Shown here piece by piece: positions 28,447 through 36,929 of a stretch of DNA of 64,000 nucleotides. Within the stretch, counting starts at the first letter, position 1. Each line of letters opens with the position of its first letter. The stretch lies in the NCBI GenBank assembly GCA_964491475.1, contig CAZBFO010000004.1, forward strand, positions 3,290-67,289. The letters run 5' to 3'. A model generated the notes under the pieces. That model was given only the letters and a program-made list of their open reading frames with translations. It made no database searches and was not told where the DNA came from. A program made the translations under genes and the position numbers. The stretch is from an uncultured Gammaproteobacteria bacterium (GTDB lineage Bacteria > Patescibacteriota > Patescibacteriia > SG8-24).

Positions 28447-30294
28447 TCAGCCGAATACGCGCTGCAGGCTGCCGGCGACCTTCTGCCAGTCGTAGCGCTC
28501 GATGTCCTGACGGGGGCGCAAGTCGTCGCGCGTGGCGAGCACCTGGAGCATCTTCGAAGCCAGGGCGTCGACGTCGGGAGTCACCAGAAACCCGTTGACC
28601 CCTTCGCTGATCAGTTCCTTGGCGGCGTTGTTTTCATGTTCGGTGGTTATGACCGGAATGTCGGCGGCGTTCGCCTCGACCACCACCAGGCCGAAGCCTT
28701 CGCGGACGGACGGCAGCACCAGCATCTTCGACGCCTTCATCTTGGCGTAGACGTCCTCTGCGCCTTCGATGGCGCCGTAGAAGGTCACGTTTTCCTCCAG
28801 GCCGAGCTCGGCAACCAGCGCCTGCAGCTTCTGCCGCTCCGGACCGACGCCGACGATGGCCGTGCGGAACTGCGGATGAATCATCTTCACCGTCGCGGTG
28901 GCGCGAATCAGCAGGTCGACGTTCTTGTGGTCGATCAGTCGGCCGACGTAAATGGCGTCGCTGCCTTCCGCCGCGGGAACGGCGGCAGTGATACTCTCGA
29001 GGTCGGCGCCCAGCGGCACCGTCACGATTTCACAGCGCACGTTCTCCAGGCGCAGGCGGCGCGTGGTGTGCTCGGAGTTGGAGATGATGACGTCCGGCAG
29101 GCGCATGGAAAGGCTCTCCACGGCGTGACCGAGGAGGCCGGAGACGCCGCCCAGATAGTGCTTCCAATAGGCGCGTCCCCAGACTTCATGCCAGGTGGCG
29201 TGCAGCTTTTTGCCGCGCACCCAAGTGGCCAGGCGGGCGCCGAGCAGCGGGAAGAACGGCATGTGGTCGACGTCGATCACGTCAAACTTGGCGAAGGCCA
29301 GCTTCAGCGAGGCCAGCCCGAAGCACAGCGCCTGCAAAATGGAGCGGCGGCCGTTCACGTACATCGGACGATGGCCGCAGAGCGCGTGGTAGCGGATGCC
29401 GTCCACGACCTTGATCTTCGGGCCTTCCCACCACTGCATGGTGTAGATGCGCACTTCGCAGTCGTCGGAGACCATGCGGCGGGCGATCTCGTACAGGCGC
29501 TTCTCCTTGCCGCCCTGATGGAACGGCATGACGGCGTCGGACACGAACGCCAGGGTGCGGACGTCCGGCTTTTCCGGTTCCCAAACGAGCACGCGCAGGA
29601 ACATCGACATGATGCGCGCGCCGTCGGTGAGCGGGTTCAGGTTGCTTTCGCCGGCGCGGGCGTCGTAGCTGATGGGGACGCAGTAAATCTCCTCGCCCAG
29701 CCTGGCCATCTTGGTGACCATCTCCATCTCGATCGAGAAGTCGGTCGACTTGAGGTGCGGGGCGAGACGGAGCAGCGACTCGCGCTTCCAGGCGAAGTAG
29801 CCGGTCAGCACGTCGGTCACGTTGGCGCCATAAAAATAGCGGACCAGGTGCGAGAAGATCCAGTTGCCGATGCGGTTGACGGCGCCCATCGAACCTTCGG
29901 AAATGCGGCCCGCGAGGCGCGAACCGATGACCACGCTGCAAAAGCCGGAATCGAGCGGTTCAACCAGGCGCAGCACCTCTTCGGGGCGGTAGGTGTCGTC
30001 GCCGTCGAGCATCACCACGTAGTCGGCGTCGTTCTGGGCGACGTACTCGAAGCCGTGGCGGATGGCGTTGCCCTTGCCCTTCTTGTCTTCGGACAGCACC
30101 GTGGCGCCGTTCTCGCGGGCGATCTCGGCGGTACGGTCCTTGGAGTTGTTGTCGATGACGATGACCTCGAGCTCGTAGCCGAAAGCCGCAAGGCGCTCCT
30201 TGGGGAACTTGCGGATGACCGAAGCGATGCCCTGCTCTTCGTTGTAGCAAGGGATCAGGACCGCGATTTTCTTTTTCACGTCCGGTTGATGCAT
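28447..30294 (-). CDS. fusion protein: GT2 (polyprenyl-phosphate sugar synthase, DPM1/GtrB-like) + GT4 glycosyltransferase
   Basis: N-terminal GT-A: IPCYNEE, VIDNNSKDRT, VVMLDGDDT (DxD); C-terminal GT-B/GT4: …AIYVGRLIDHKNVDLL…GLVVVEANAADIPVITT…. Confidence 0.8.
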   Translation of the reverse strand: MHQPDVKKKIAVLIPCYNEEQGIASVIRKFPKERLAAFGYELEVIVIDNNSKDRTAEIARENGATVLSEDKKGKGNAIRHGFEYVAQNDADYVVMLDGDDTYRPEEVLRLVEPLDSGFCSVVIGSRLAGRISEGSMGAVNRIGNWIFSHLVRYFYGANVTDVLTGYFAWKRESLLRLAPHLKSTDFSIEMEMVTKMARLGEEIYCVPISYDARAGESNLNPLTDGARIMSMFLRVLVWEPEKPDVRTLAFVSDAVMPFHQGGKEKRLYEIARRMVSDDCEVRIYTMQWWEGPKIKVVDGIRYHALCGHRPMYVNGRRSILQALCFGLASLKLAFAKFDVIDVDHMPFFPLLGARLATWVRGKKLHATWHEVWGRAYWKHYLGGVSGLLGHAVESLSMRLPDVIISNSEHTTRRLRLENVRCEIVTVPLGADLESITAAVPAAEGSDAIYVGRLIDHKNVDLLIRATATVKMIHPQFRTAIVGVGPERQKLQALVAELGLEENVTFYGAIEGAEDVYAKMKASKMLVLPSVREGFGLVVVEANAADIPVITTEHENNAAKELISEGVNGFLVTPDVDALASKMLQVLATRDDLRPRQDIERYDWQKVAGSLQRVFG

Positions 30295-30303
30295 ACGTCG
30301 TCG

Positions 30304-30738
30304 CTAGATGGTCCGAGGAAGGGTGAAGTGAATCGATCGTCCGAAGTCCGGCAGATCGACGAAGAACTCGACTTTCGGCGAGGCAGCCGTGAAGAAGTAC
30401 TTCTGCTCGATCAGCTGCTTCTCCCCGTCCGGAATCGTCACCGTCGTCTCCGTCAGCGTCGTGACCGGCCGGTTGCCGTTCTGCATGGTGACGCGGTAGC
30501 GGTAGTCGACCTGCCGACCCTCGAGGTTACGGATGTAAAAGCGGAATGTCAGGAAACTGCCCTCTTGGATGGCCGTCATGGCGGGCAAGTTGTCGTCAAA
30601 GTACAGCTCGGTGAGACGTTCCTCTTTCGGCCACAGGTTCAGCTTGGTCAGTTCGTTTTTGAGGTAGCCGGTCTCGACGGCATACGCAAAAGCCGAAAGC
30701 ATGATCACACCGGCAAAAATGGCGATGATTCGACGCAT
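30304..30738 (-). CDS. small membrane-anchored hypothetical protein (first gene of glycan locus)
   Basis: ATG at 30738 (MRRIIAIFAGVIMLSAFAYA TM anchor); ~125-aa extracytoplasmic domain; 10 nt upstream of GT2-GT4 gene. Confidence 0.45.
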   Translation of the reverse strand: MRRIIAIFAGVIMLSAFAYAVETGYLKNELTKLNLWPKEERLTELYFDDNLPAMTAIQEGSFLTFRFYIRNLEGRQVDYRYRVTMQNGNRPVTTLTETTVTIPDGEKQLIEQKYFFTAASPKVEFFVDLPDFGRSIHFTLPRTI

Positions 30739-31189
30739 AACGGCCCGAAAAATAAGGCGAAAGACGACGCCTACACTTACCACGAATTTGTCGCTGTGTC
30801 AAGCCAATCCTTGGTCGTGTTGACCCTCCCAAACCCCCGTGCTACCTTGAAAACAGGTACGTTCATATTCAATCCTGCGAGAAATGACCGAAGGGTGGCC
30901 GCAAACTGCAGTTCTGGCGTGGCAACCCTGTGACGATATGAGGAATTCGACCAATGGTAATCCTGAATGGGCACACGCGGTAATCGAGACGTTCGTCCCG
31001 GGCGCACTTGCCTCGGAAAAGACGGACGGTGAGCGTGACGTAAACAGCCCGGAACAAGCAAAAACAAACGCCTGATACCCTTCAGGCGTGCTTGCCATTG
31101 CGACAACCTGCATATCGCGCACGCCTTCCGGCGTCGCTTGCCGTCGCTGACGGCACGGCCGAAACCTCGCAGGAATGTAGAGGTTTTTT

Positions 31190-32779
31190 ATGTCCCCAGT
31201 TATCGCCGCAATCGTCGCGCTCGCCGTGGGCGCAGGCATCGGTTACGTCTACCGCAAGTCGGTGGCGCTCCAGCAGACCGATTCCGCAGAGTCCAAAGCT
31301 ACCAAAATGCTGGCCGAAGCCGAGGCCAAAGCGCTCAAGCTGACCGCCGAAGCCGAAGCCAAAGTCTCCACGGCCTCCAAAGAGGCCGAAGCCAAGAGCC
31401 AGCAGATGATCATCGAGGCCCAAGGCAAGGCCATCAAGATGAACGAGGAATCCAAGATCGAGGACGAGAACCGCCGAAAGGAATTGCGCGTCATCCAGGC
31501 CAAACTGGCCAAAATCGAGGAGGATCTGGCCGTGAAGATTTCCAACGCCCAGCGCAAGAGCGAGGACCTCGACGGCAAGCTCGCCAAAGCCGCCGAAACG
31601 CAGAAGGAAGTCGACGAGCTGAAGGCCCAACAGGTCACCAAGCTCGAACAGGTTGCCTCGCTCTCGCGCGACGAAGCCAAGGAAATCCTGTTCAAGGAAG
31701 TCGAAGGCCTGGCTGCCGAGGAGTTCGACAGCCGCATGCGCAAGATCGAGAACACCACGGTCGAAGAGCTCGAAAAGAAGTCTCGCGCCCTGCTCGGCCT
31801 GGTCATTCAGCGCCTGGCTTCGTCCCACTCGGTCGACACCACCACCACGGCGGTCCCGCTCCCCAGCGACGACATGAAGGGCCGTATCATCGGCAAGGAA
31901 GGCCGCAACATCAAGGCGGTCGAACACATGACCGGCTGCGAAATCATCGTCGACGACACCCCAGGCGCCATCACCATCTCCGGCTTCTCCCCCATCCGCC
32001 GCCAAGTCTGCAAGCTGGCCCTGCTCAAGCTGATCGAGGACGGCCGCATCCACCCCGGACGCATCGAAGAAGCCGTCGAGGACGCCAAGAAGGACTTGGC
32101 CGTCGACATCAAGAAGGCCGGCGAAGAAGCGCTCATCGAGCTGGGCGTACCGGTCCACTCTCTGGACCCCAAGCTGGTCCAAATCCTCGGCCGCCTCAAG
32201 TACCGCACCAGCTACGGCCAGAACGTGCTGCGGCACTCCATGGAAGTGGCGCAGCTGTCCGTGCTGATGGCCCAGGAGCTCCACGCTGACGTGAAGGTCT
32301 GCCGGCTGGGTGGCATCCTCCACGACATCGGCAAGGCCGTGGACCACGACGTGCAGGGCGCCCATCCGGAAATCGGCTACAACATCATGAAGAAGTTCGG
32401 CCTGCCGGAAGAAATCTGCTACCAGTCGATCGGCCACCACGAGGACAAGCCGAAGACGCTTGAAGCCATGATCGTGAAGGCCGCCGACGCCATCTCCGGC
32501 GCGCGCCCCGGCGCCCGCAAGGACACCTACGAGCTGTACGTGCAGCGGCTCGAGGAACTCGAGAGCACCGCTTCCAGCTTCCCCGGCGTCGACAAGGTCT
32601 ACGCCATCCAGGCCGGCCGCGAAGTGCGCGTCTTCGTCCAACCGAAGATGGTGGACGACTTCGGCGCCTACCGCCTGGCCCGCGACATCGCCAAGAAGAT
32701 CGAATCCGAACTGAAGTACCCCGGCGAGATTCGCGTGAACGTGATTCGCGAGACTCGCGTGGTGGAGTACGCGAGATAA
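31190..32779 (+). CDS. rny: ribonuclease Y
   Basis: 529 aa; N-terminal TM, long coiled coil, KH domain (IIGKEGRNIK), HD domain (…HDIGK…, …GHHED…). Confidence 0.9.
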   Translation: MSPVIAAIVALAVGAGIGYVYRKSVALQQTDSAESKATKMLAEAEAKALKLTAEAEAKVSTASKEAEAKSQQMIIEAQGKAIKMNEESKIEDENRRKELRVIQAKLAKIEEDLAVKISNAQRKSEDLDGKLAKAAETQKEVDELKAQQVTKLEQVASLSRDEAKEILFKEVEGLAAEEFDSRMRKIENTTVEELEKKSRALLGLVIQRLASSHSVDTTTTAVPLPSDDMKGRIIGKEGRNIKAVEHMTGCEIIVDDTPGAITISGFSPIRRQVCKLALLKLIEDGRIHPGRIEEAVEDAKKDLAVDIKKAGEEALIELGVPVHSLDPKLVQILGRLKYRTSYGQNVLRHSMEVAQLSVLMAQELHADVKVCRLGGILHDIGKAVDHDVQGAHPEIGYNIMKKFGLPEEICYQSIGHHEDKPKTLEAMIVKAADAISGARPGARKDTYELYVQRLEELESTASSFPGVDKVYAIQAGREVRVFVQPKMVDDFGAYRLARDIAKKIESELKYPGEIRVNVIRETRVVEYAR

Positions 32780-32920
32780 GCGCGGCAGGAAAAGCGCTCC
32801 GTAATGGGGCGTTTTTTCGTACCGCCTTCGGGGCCGATCAGTCTTGACTTCAACGGCAAAACGGAGCATGCTCCATGGTCGCCGTCGCCACTTTGGCACG
32901 GCGCGACAAGGAGGCATGCA

Positions 32921-33916
32921 GTGCCGAAAATCCATGATGTCATCGTGATCGGCGGCGGGCCCGCAGGGCTCGCGGCTACTATCAACGCCTCGTCCGAAGG
33001 GCTGGACACCGTGCTGATCGACGCCAACGAGCAGCTCGGCGGCCAAGCCAGCGCCAGCTCGCTGGTCGAGAACTATCCGGGCTTTCCCGAGGGAATCTCG
33101 GGCAAGGAACTGACGGAGAAGTTCATTCATCAGGCCACGCGCTTCGGCGCCATGCAGGTGCGGCCGGTAACGGCGACAGGCATCAGCGTCGACAACGGCG
33201 TGGTCACGGCGACTACGGACGACGCCGAGCATCGTCGCATCCGCGCTCGCGCGGTCATCCTGGCGCTCGGCCTTTCCTACAATCGGCTGTCGGCGCATCG
33301 CGTCGCAGACTTCGTGGGACGCGGCGTCTACTACGGCGGCACGCCCCCGCAGCTCTGGCACGACGCCAAGCACGTCTGCGTAGTCGGCGGGGCCAACTCC
33401 TCCGGCCAAGCGGCGGTGCACCTGGCCAGCCGCGGCTGCGAAGTCACGCTCGTTGCCCGCAGCAAGAGCCTGGAAGACGCCGGCATGTCTAACTACCTGG
33501 TCGAGCGCATCAAGGCCGCCAAGAACATCAAGGTGCTTACCGGCACGGTGATACACGAGGCCGTCGGCGATCAGGAGCTCGAGTCGGTGGTGGTGAGAAG
33601 CATCTTCGAGAACATCACCAACCGAAAAATCGACGTCTGCGCCGTGTGCGTCTTCATCGGCGCCTCGCCAAAAACCTACTGGCTCAACAACGTCGTAGAG
33701 CAGGCGGTCGGACGCGGGTACATCCTCACCGGCAACTTGGTGAAGGCCGACCACGGCCGCCCCATCTACCCGTTCGAAACCTCGCTCCCCGGCGTCTTCG
33801 CCTGCGGAGACGTCCGCGAGGGCTCGACCAAGCGCATCGCCACCGCCGTCGGCGAAGGGTCCATGGCCGTGCAACAGGTGAAGGACTTCATCAGCAAAAG
33901 CAACGAAACACGTTAA
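32921..33916 (+). CDS. FAD-dependent pyridine nucleotide-disulfide oxidoreductase (TrxR-like, lacks CxxC)
   Basis: GTG start after AAGGAGG SD; FAD motif VIVIGGGPAGLAA; second Rossmann VCVVGGANSSGQAAV; GDVREG near C-terminus; no redox-active Cys pair. Confidence 0.7.
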   Translation: MPKIHDVIVIGGGPAGLAATINASSEGLDTVLIDANEQLGGQASASSLVENYPGFPEGISGKELTEKFIHQATRFGAMQVRPVTATGISVDNGVVTATTDDAEHRRIRARAVILALGLSYNRLSAHRVADFVGRGVYYGGTPPQLWHDAKHVCVVGGANSSGQAAVHLASRGCEVTLVARSKSLEDAGMSNYLVERIKAAKNIKVLTGTVIHEAVGDQELESVVVRSIFENITNRKIDVCAVCVFIGASPKTYWLNNVVEQAVGRGYILTGNLVKADHGRPIYPFETSLPGVFACGDVREGSTKRIATAVGEGSMAVQQVKDFISKSNETR

Positions 33917-33923
33917 GTCGCGA

Positions 33924-33955
33924 GCCGGTCTGGCATCATGTCGGACCGGTTTTTC
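33924..33955 (+). terminator. rho-independent terminator
   Basis: stem ccggtc / gaccgg followed by TTTTTC just after stop of 32921..33916. Confidence 0.4.
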
Positions 33956-34043
33956 ATGTGTTGGCGGTTTTTTGTTCCCCAATGGCCCGACCTCCAAGTC
34001 ACCGTATTTCCACCGTCCGAAAAGGGCGTAATAGTGCTAACTG

Positions 34044-34072
34044 TTGGCATAAAAACGACCTTGTGTTACACT
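34044..34072 (+). promoter_or_regulatory. candidate sigma70-like promoter of hup
   Basis: TTGGCA - 17 nt - TACACT; ~115-nt leader to hup ATG. Confidence 0.4.
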
Positions 34073-34187
34073 TTTTCGGCAAGGTGTTCGGAAGGCGGTA
34101 GAGAGGACGGCCAGCATCCGACGCACCGTTACTTAATCATTATTCGTCATTAACGACGGTCGGCGCCCACGCGCCGCCAGATGGAAT

Positions 34188-34472
34188 ATGAACAAAGCAG
34201 AACTCGTCACCAAGCTCGCAGAGAAGGTCGGCATCTCCAAGAAGCAGGCCGAAGACACCATCGAGGCCTTCACCGACACCGTCATGCAGACCCTCAAGGC
34301 CGGTGGCGAAGTCACCATCGCCGGTTTCGGCGCTTTCTCGGCCAAGCAGCGCGCCGGCCGCATGGGCGTCAACCCGCAGAATCCTTCCGAAAAGATCCAG
34401 ATTCCTCCGGTCATCGTCCCCAAGTTCAAGGCCGGCAAGGCACTCAAGGACACGCTCAAGGGGAAGGCCTAG
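34188..34472 (+). CDS. hup: DNA-binding protein HU
   Basis: 94 aa; MNKAELV…, GFGAFS…R.GRNP beta-arm signature (AGFGAFSAKQRAGRMGVNPQN). Confidence 0.9.
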   Translation: MNKAELVTKLAEKVGISKKQAEDTIEAFTDTVMQTLKAGGEVTIAGFGAFSAKQRAGRMGVNPQNPSEKIQIPPVIVPKFKAGKALKDTLKGKA

Positions 34473-34487
34473 TCCGTCAAAAACGAA

Positions 34488-34511
34488 AACCCGCCACGTG
34501 GCGGGTTTTTG
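34488..34511 (+). terminator. rho-independent terminator after hup
   Basis: stem cccgcc / ggcggg, loop acgt, then TTTTT. Confidence 0.6.
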
Positions 34512-34581
34512 ATTGCGCCTGCACCGTTGACTTTTCGGTGAAAATCAGTATACTGCGGGAGGCTTTTGCAAGGAGAAAAAC

Positions 34582-34929
34582 GTGGCGAAAGATGAAGTAA
34601 CGTTCAGCAGGAACCTGTCGGTCGGATTCAATGACAGGGGCATGGGCAGGGGTGATTTTGCCGTCGTGCAGAAGGTGGGCGACGAGACCCGACTCGTTGC
34701 CCGCCTGGTCGACATCGGCATCCAGGAGCCCGGCAAGCGCCCTCTCACGGTCGAGGACATCAACCCTGTACGTGAGAACGCCGCGCTCTTTGCTGCCGCG
34801 CCGGAACTCTATGACGCGTGCGTCGACGCGTTGCGTGAAATGCGGGGTTTCCGGGAAGGCGGCAGCCGCGCATTCTCCGAAGAGATCGAGCGGTTGGAAA
34901 AGGCGATCGCCAAGGCGACGCCGCGATGA
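34582..34929 (+). CDS. hypothetical small protein
   Basis: GTG start after AAGGAGA SD; 115 aa, no recognisable motif. Confidence 0.45.
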   Translation: MAKDEVTFSRNLSVGFNDRGMGRGDFAVVQKVGDETRLVARLVDIGIQEPGKRPLTVEDINPVRENAALFAAAPELYDACVDALREMRGFREGGSRAFSEEIERLEKAIAKATPR

Positions 34930-34935
34930 CTAAAA

Positions 34936-34957
34936 ACGGGCCGCTTGGCCCGTTTTT
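34936..34957. terminator. bidirectional terminator between 34582..34929 (+) and proS (-)
   Basis: stem gggcc / ggccc, loop gctt, flanked by A-run and T-run. Confidence 0.5.
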
Positions 34958-34966
34958 CTATTGCCG

Positions 34967-36238
34967 TCATGCTGCAAGGAAGTGCTGGACTTCGGCGGCC
35001 GCGCCGTCAAACGCGACGATGCGCGCTTCGTCCGCAGTGCGAAGCTTCCATTCGACGCCCCCTGCGGCCAAGGTTTTTTCGGAAATCACCAAGCGCACGG
35101 GCAGGCCGATGAGGTCGGCGTCGGCGAACTTTTCGCCGGCGCGGGCATCCTCGCGGTCATCGAACAGCGGTTCGCAGCCGACAGCCGTGAGCGCTCGCTC
35201 CAGTTCTTCGGCGGCGGCACGGACTCGTTCGGCCACGGCGGGATCCTTGGCACCGATCATCACCAGATGCACCGGGAACGGCGCCACGGACTTTGGCCAG
35301 ACCATGCCCTTCTCGTCGTGCGAGGCCTCTACGATGGCTCCGACCAAGCGGGTGATGCCGATGCCGTAACAGCCCATGAAAACGTCCTGCTTGGCGCCGT
35401 CGGCACCCTGCACCTTCAGGTCAAAGGCCTGGGTGAAGCGGTCGCCGAGGTCGAAGATGTTGCCGACCTCGATGCCTTTGCTGGCCTCCAACACTGCGTG
35501 GCATTTGGGACAGGCGTCGCCGACCTTGTCGTTGGAAATTTCGGTGTTCTGGCAGTAGTCGCAGTTGCGGCAGATGATCAGGTTGTCTTCGCCGGCAGGC
35601 GTTTCGATTTGGAACTCGTGCGAGACCTTCTTGGTGAAGGAGCCGCCGGAGGATTCGGTGACGCGCGCGTGCATGCCGCAGCGGGCGAAGGTACGAAGGT
35701 AGCCCTGCTTGCAGCGCTCGTAGAACTGCTCGAAGTCCTCGCGCGAAACGTGGAACGAGTACATGTCCTTCATCAGGAACTCGCGGCCGCGCAGCACGCC
35801 GCTCTTAGCACGCAACTCGTCGCGGAACTTGGTCTGAATCTGGTAGACGGCCACAGGCACGTCCTTGTAAGAGCGCAGGAAGCTCTTCATCAGGGGCGTG
35901 ACCACGTCTTCGGCGGTGGGACCGAGCGCGTATTCCTTGCCGGTCTGGCTGGGAATCCTGAACAGCACGTCCACAGAGTCCCAGCGGCCCGACTGGACCC
36001 AGTTGTCCTTAGGCTGGAGCGCGGTCAAATGCAACTCCTGCCCGCCCAAGCCGTTCATTTCTTCGCGCACGATGTTCTCGACCTTGCGCAGCACGCGCAA
36101 TCCCAGCGGCAGCCAAGCATACGCACCGGCCATGACTTGGTCGACAAAGCCGGCCTGCACCAACAGGCGGGCGTTCACGGAATCCGAATCGGCGGGAATG
36201 GTCTTGGTGGTCTTCGTGAAAAGGCGGGAATAGCGCAT
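34967..36238 (-). CDS. proS: proline--tRNA ligase (minimal form without INS editing domain; zinc-ribbon insertion)
   Basis: 423 aa; class II motif 2 FRDE…R.REF…D, motif 3 GCYGIGITR; CxxC…CxxC (CRNCDYC…CPKC) between motifs 2 and 3; C-terminal anticodon-binding domain. Confidence 0.85.
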   Translation of the reverse strand: MRYSRLFTKTTKTIPADSDSVNARLLVQAGFVDQVMAGAYAWLPLGLRVLRKVENIVREEMNGLGGQELHLTALQPKDNWVQSGRWDSVDVLFRIPSQTGKEYALGPTAEDVVTPLMKSFLRSYKDVPVAVYQIQTKFRDELRAKSGVLRGREFLMKDMYSFHVSREDFEQFYERCKQGYLRTFARCGMHARVTESSGGSFTKKVSHEFQIETPAGEDNLIICRNCDYCQNTEISNDKVGDACPKCHAVLEASKGIEVGNIFDLGDRFTQAFDLKVQGADGAKQDVFMGCYGIGITRLVGAIVEASHDEKGMVWPKSVAPFPVHLVMIGAKDPAVAERVRAAAEELERALTAVGCEPLFDDREDARAGEKFADADLIGLPVRLVISEKTLAAGGVEWKLRTADEARIVAFDGAAAEVQHFLAA

Positions 36239-36360
36239 AACAGTGTCAACGATACCGCCTTGGACACCAACGGTAAAGGGCTTTGGCGCGCGCCGTGCGA
36301 CGTGCTAGAATCCTGAATGTTCGGCCGTCTGGCCGACCGTTTCCTTCACCCTCGCCCCTT

Positions 36361-36684
36361 ATGTGGCCGTTCAAAAAGACGGACGAACATTCTCTCATCC
36401 TGCACAAGCTCCTGCTTGTCCTGTCGGTTCTGACCCTTGCCTCCAGCCTGCTGGTGCTGTTCAAGGTGAAGCTGCTGCTCAAGGAAGAAATGAATATCCG
36501 GGACTCGGTCTCCCAGCTCCAAGCGAACATGCAGCAGCTGGGCGGCAAGATCAACGCCGCCGAACGACGCACCATGCAGGACCGCATGATGCAGCCGATG
36601 CCCATGAACCAGGCCGGCTTTCCCGAAAGGATCGCGCCGACGCCGGCTCCCGCGCCGGCTCCGGTTCCGTCGGCTAAAAAGTAG
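36361..36684 (+). CDS. small membrane-anchored hypothetical protein
   Basis: MWPFKKTDEHSLILHKLLLVLSVLTLASSLLVLF TM then coiled-coil and Pro/Ala-rich tail; ATG at 36361. Confidence 0.4.
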   Translation: MWPFKKTDEHSLILHKLLLVLSVLTLASSLLVLFKVKLLLKEEMNIRDSVSQLQANMQQLGGKINAAERRTMQDRMMQPMPMNQAGFPERIAPTPAPAPAPVPSAKK

Positions 36685-36690
36685 GAATCG

Positions 36691-36716
36691 AAAAACGCCC
36701 GGTCGGGCGTTTTTCT
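36691..36716. terminator. bidirectional rho-independent terminator
   Basis: stem cgccc / gggcg with ggtc loop, A-run upstream, T-run downstream; between convergent 36361..36684 (+) and 36720..36923 (-). Confidence 0.55.
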
Positions 36717-36719
36717 TTA

Positions 36720-36923
36720 TCAGCGGACGAAACGCGTCACTCTTCGCATCTGCATGATCTGCCGGTCGGTGGCTACCGCCACGTAGATGGCGACGCCCAA
36801 CGTGACGACGATGCCCACGACGATGAACGCTTCGATGAACGTGATGCCGCCGCGCAACTCCCCGGCATATGGCGAGTGCGGTGGCGCACGTTTATGCAAG
36901 TCTCCGCGACGGATGATGGACAT
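36720..36923 (-). CDS. pilin-like mini-protein (class III signal-peptide-like: G-ITFIE then hydrophobic helix)
   Basis: 67 aa; MSIIRRGDLHKRAPPHSPYAGELRGG | ITFIEAFIVVGIVVTLGVAIYVAV…; Glu at +5 after Gly-Gly, followed by 20-residue hydrophobic helix as in type IV/Flp prepilins; 6 nt after stop of upstream 509-aa gene. Confidence 0.35.
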   Translation of the reverse strand: MSIIRRGDLHKRAPPHSPYAGELRGGITFIEAFIVVGIVVTLGVAIYVAVATDRQIMQMRRVTRFVR

Positions 36924-36929
36924 CTGGCA

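Noticed and set aside
28636-30933. 765-aa plus-strand ORF
   Set aside because: Antisense to the GT2-GT4 gene. It is low-complexity and Arg/Gly/Asp-rich.
31082-33997. 971-aa minus-strand ORF
   Set aside because: Antisense to rny and the TrxR-like gene. Its composition (Ala/Gly/Arg/Asp-rich, no motifs) is typical of GC-driven open frames. The sense-strand genes have clear motifs.
36720-36923. Alternative reading of the pilin-like ORF as a chance hydrophobic ORF
   Set aside because: Not fully rejected. It is kept at low confidence because of the tight 6-nt coupling to the upstream gene, a terminator directly after it, and the G-x-T-x-x-E motif. A mature length of about 42 aa is atypically short, however.
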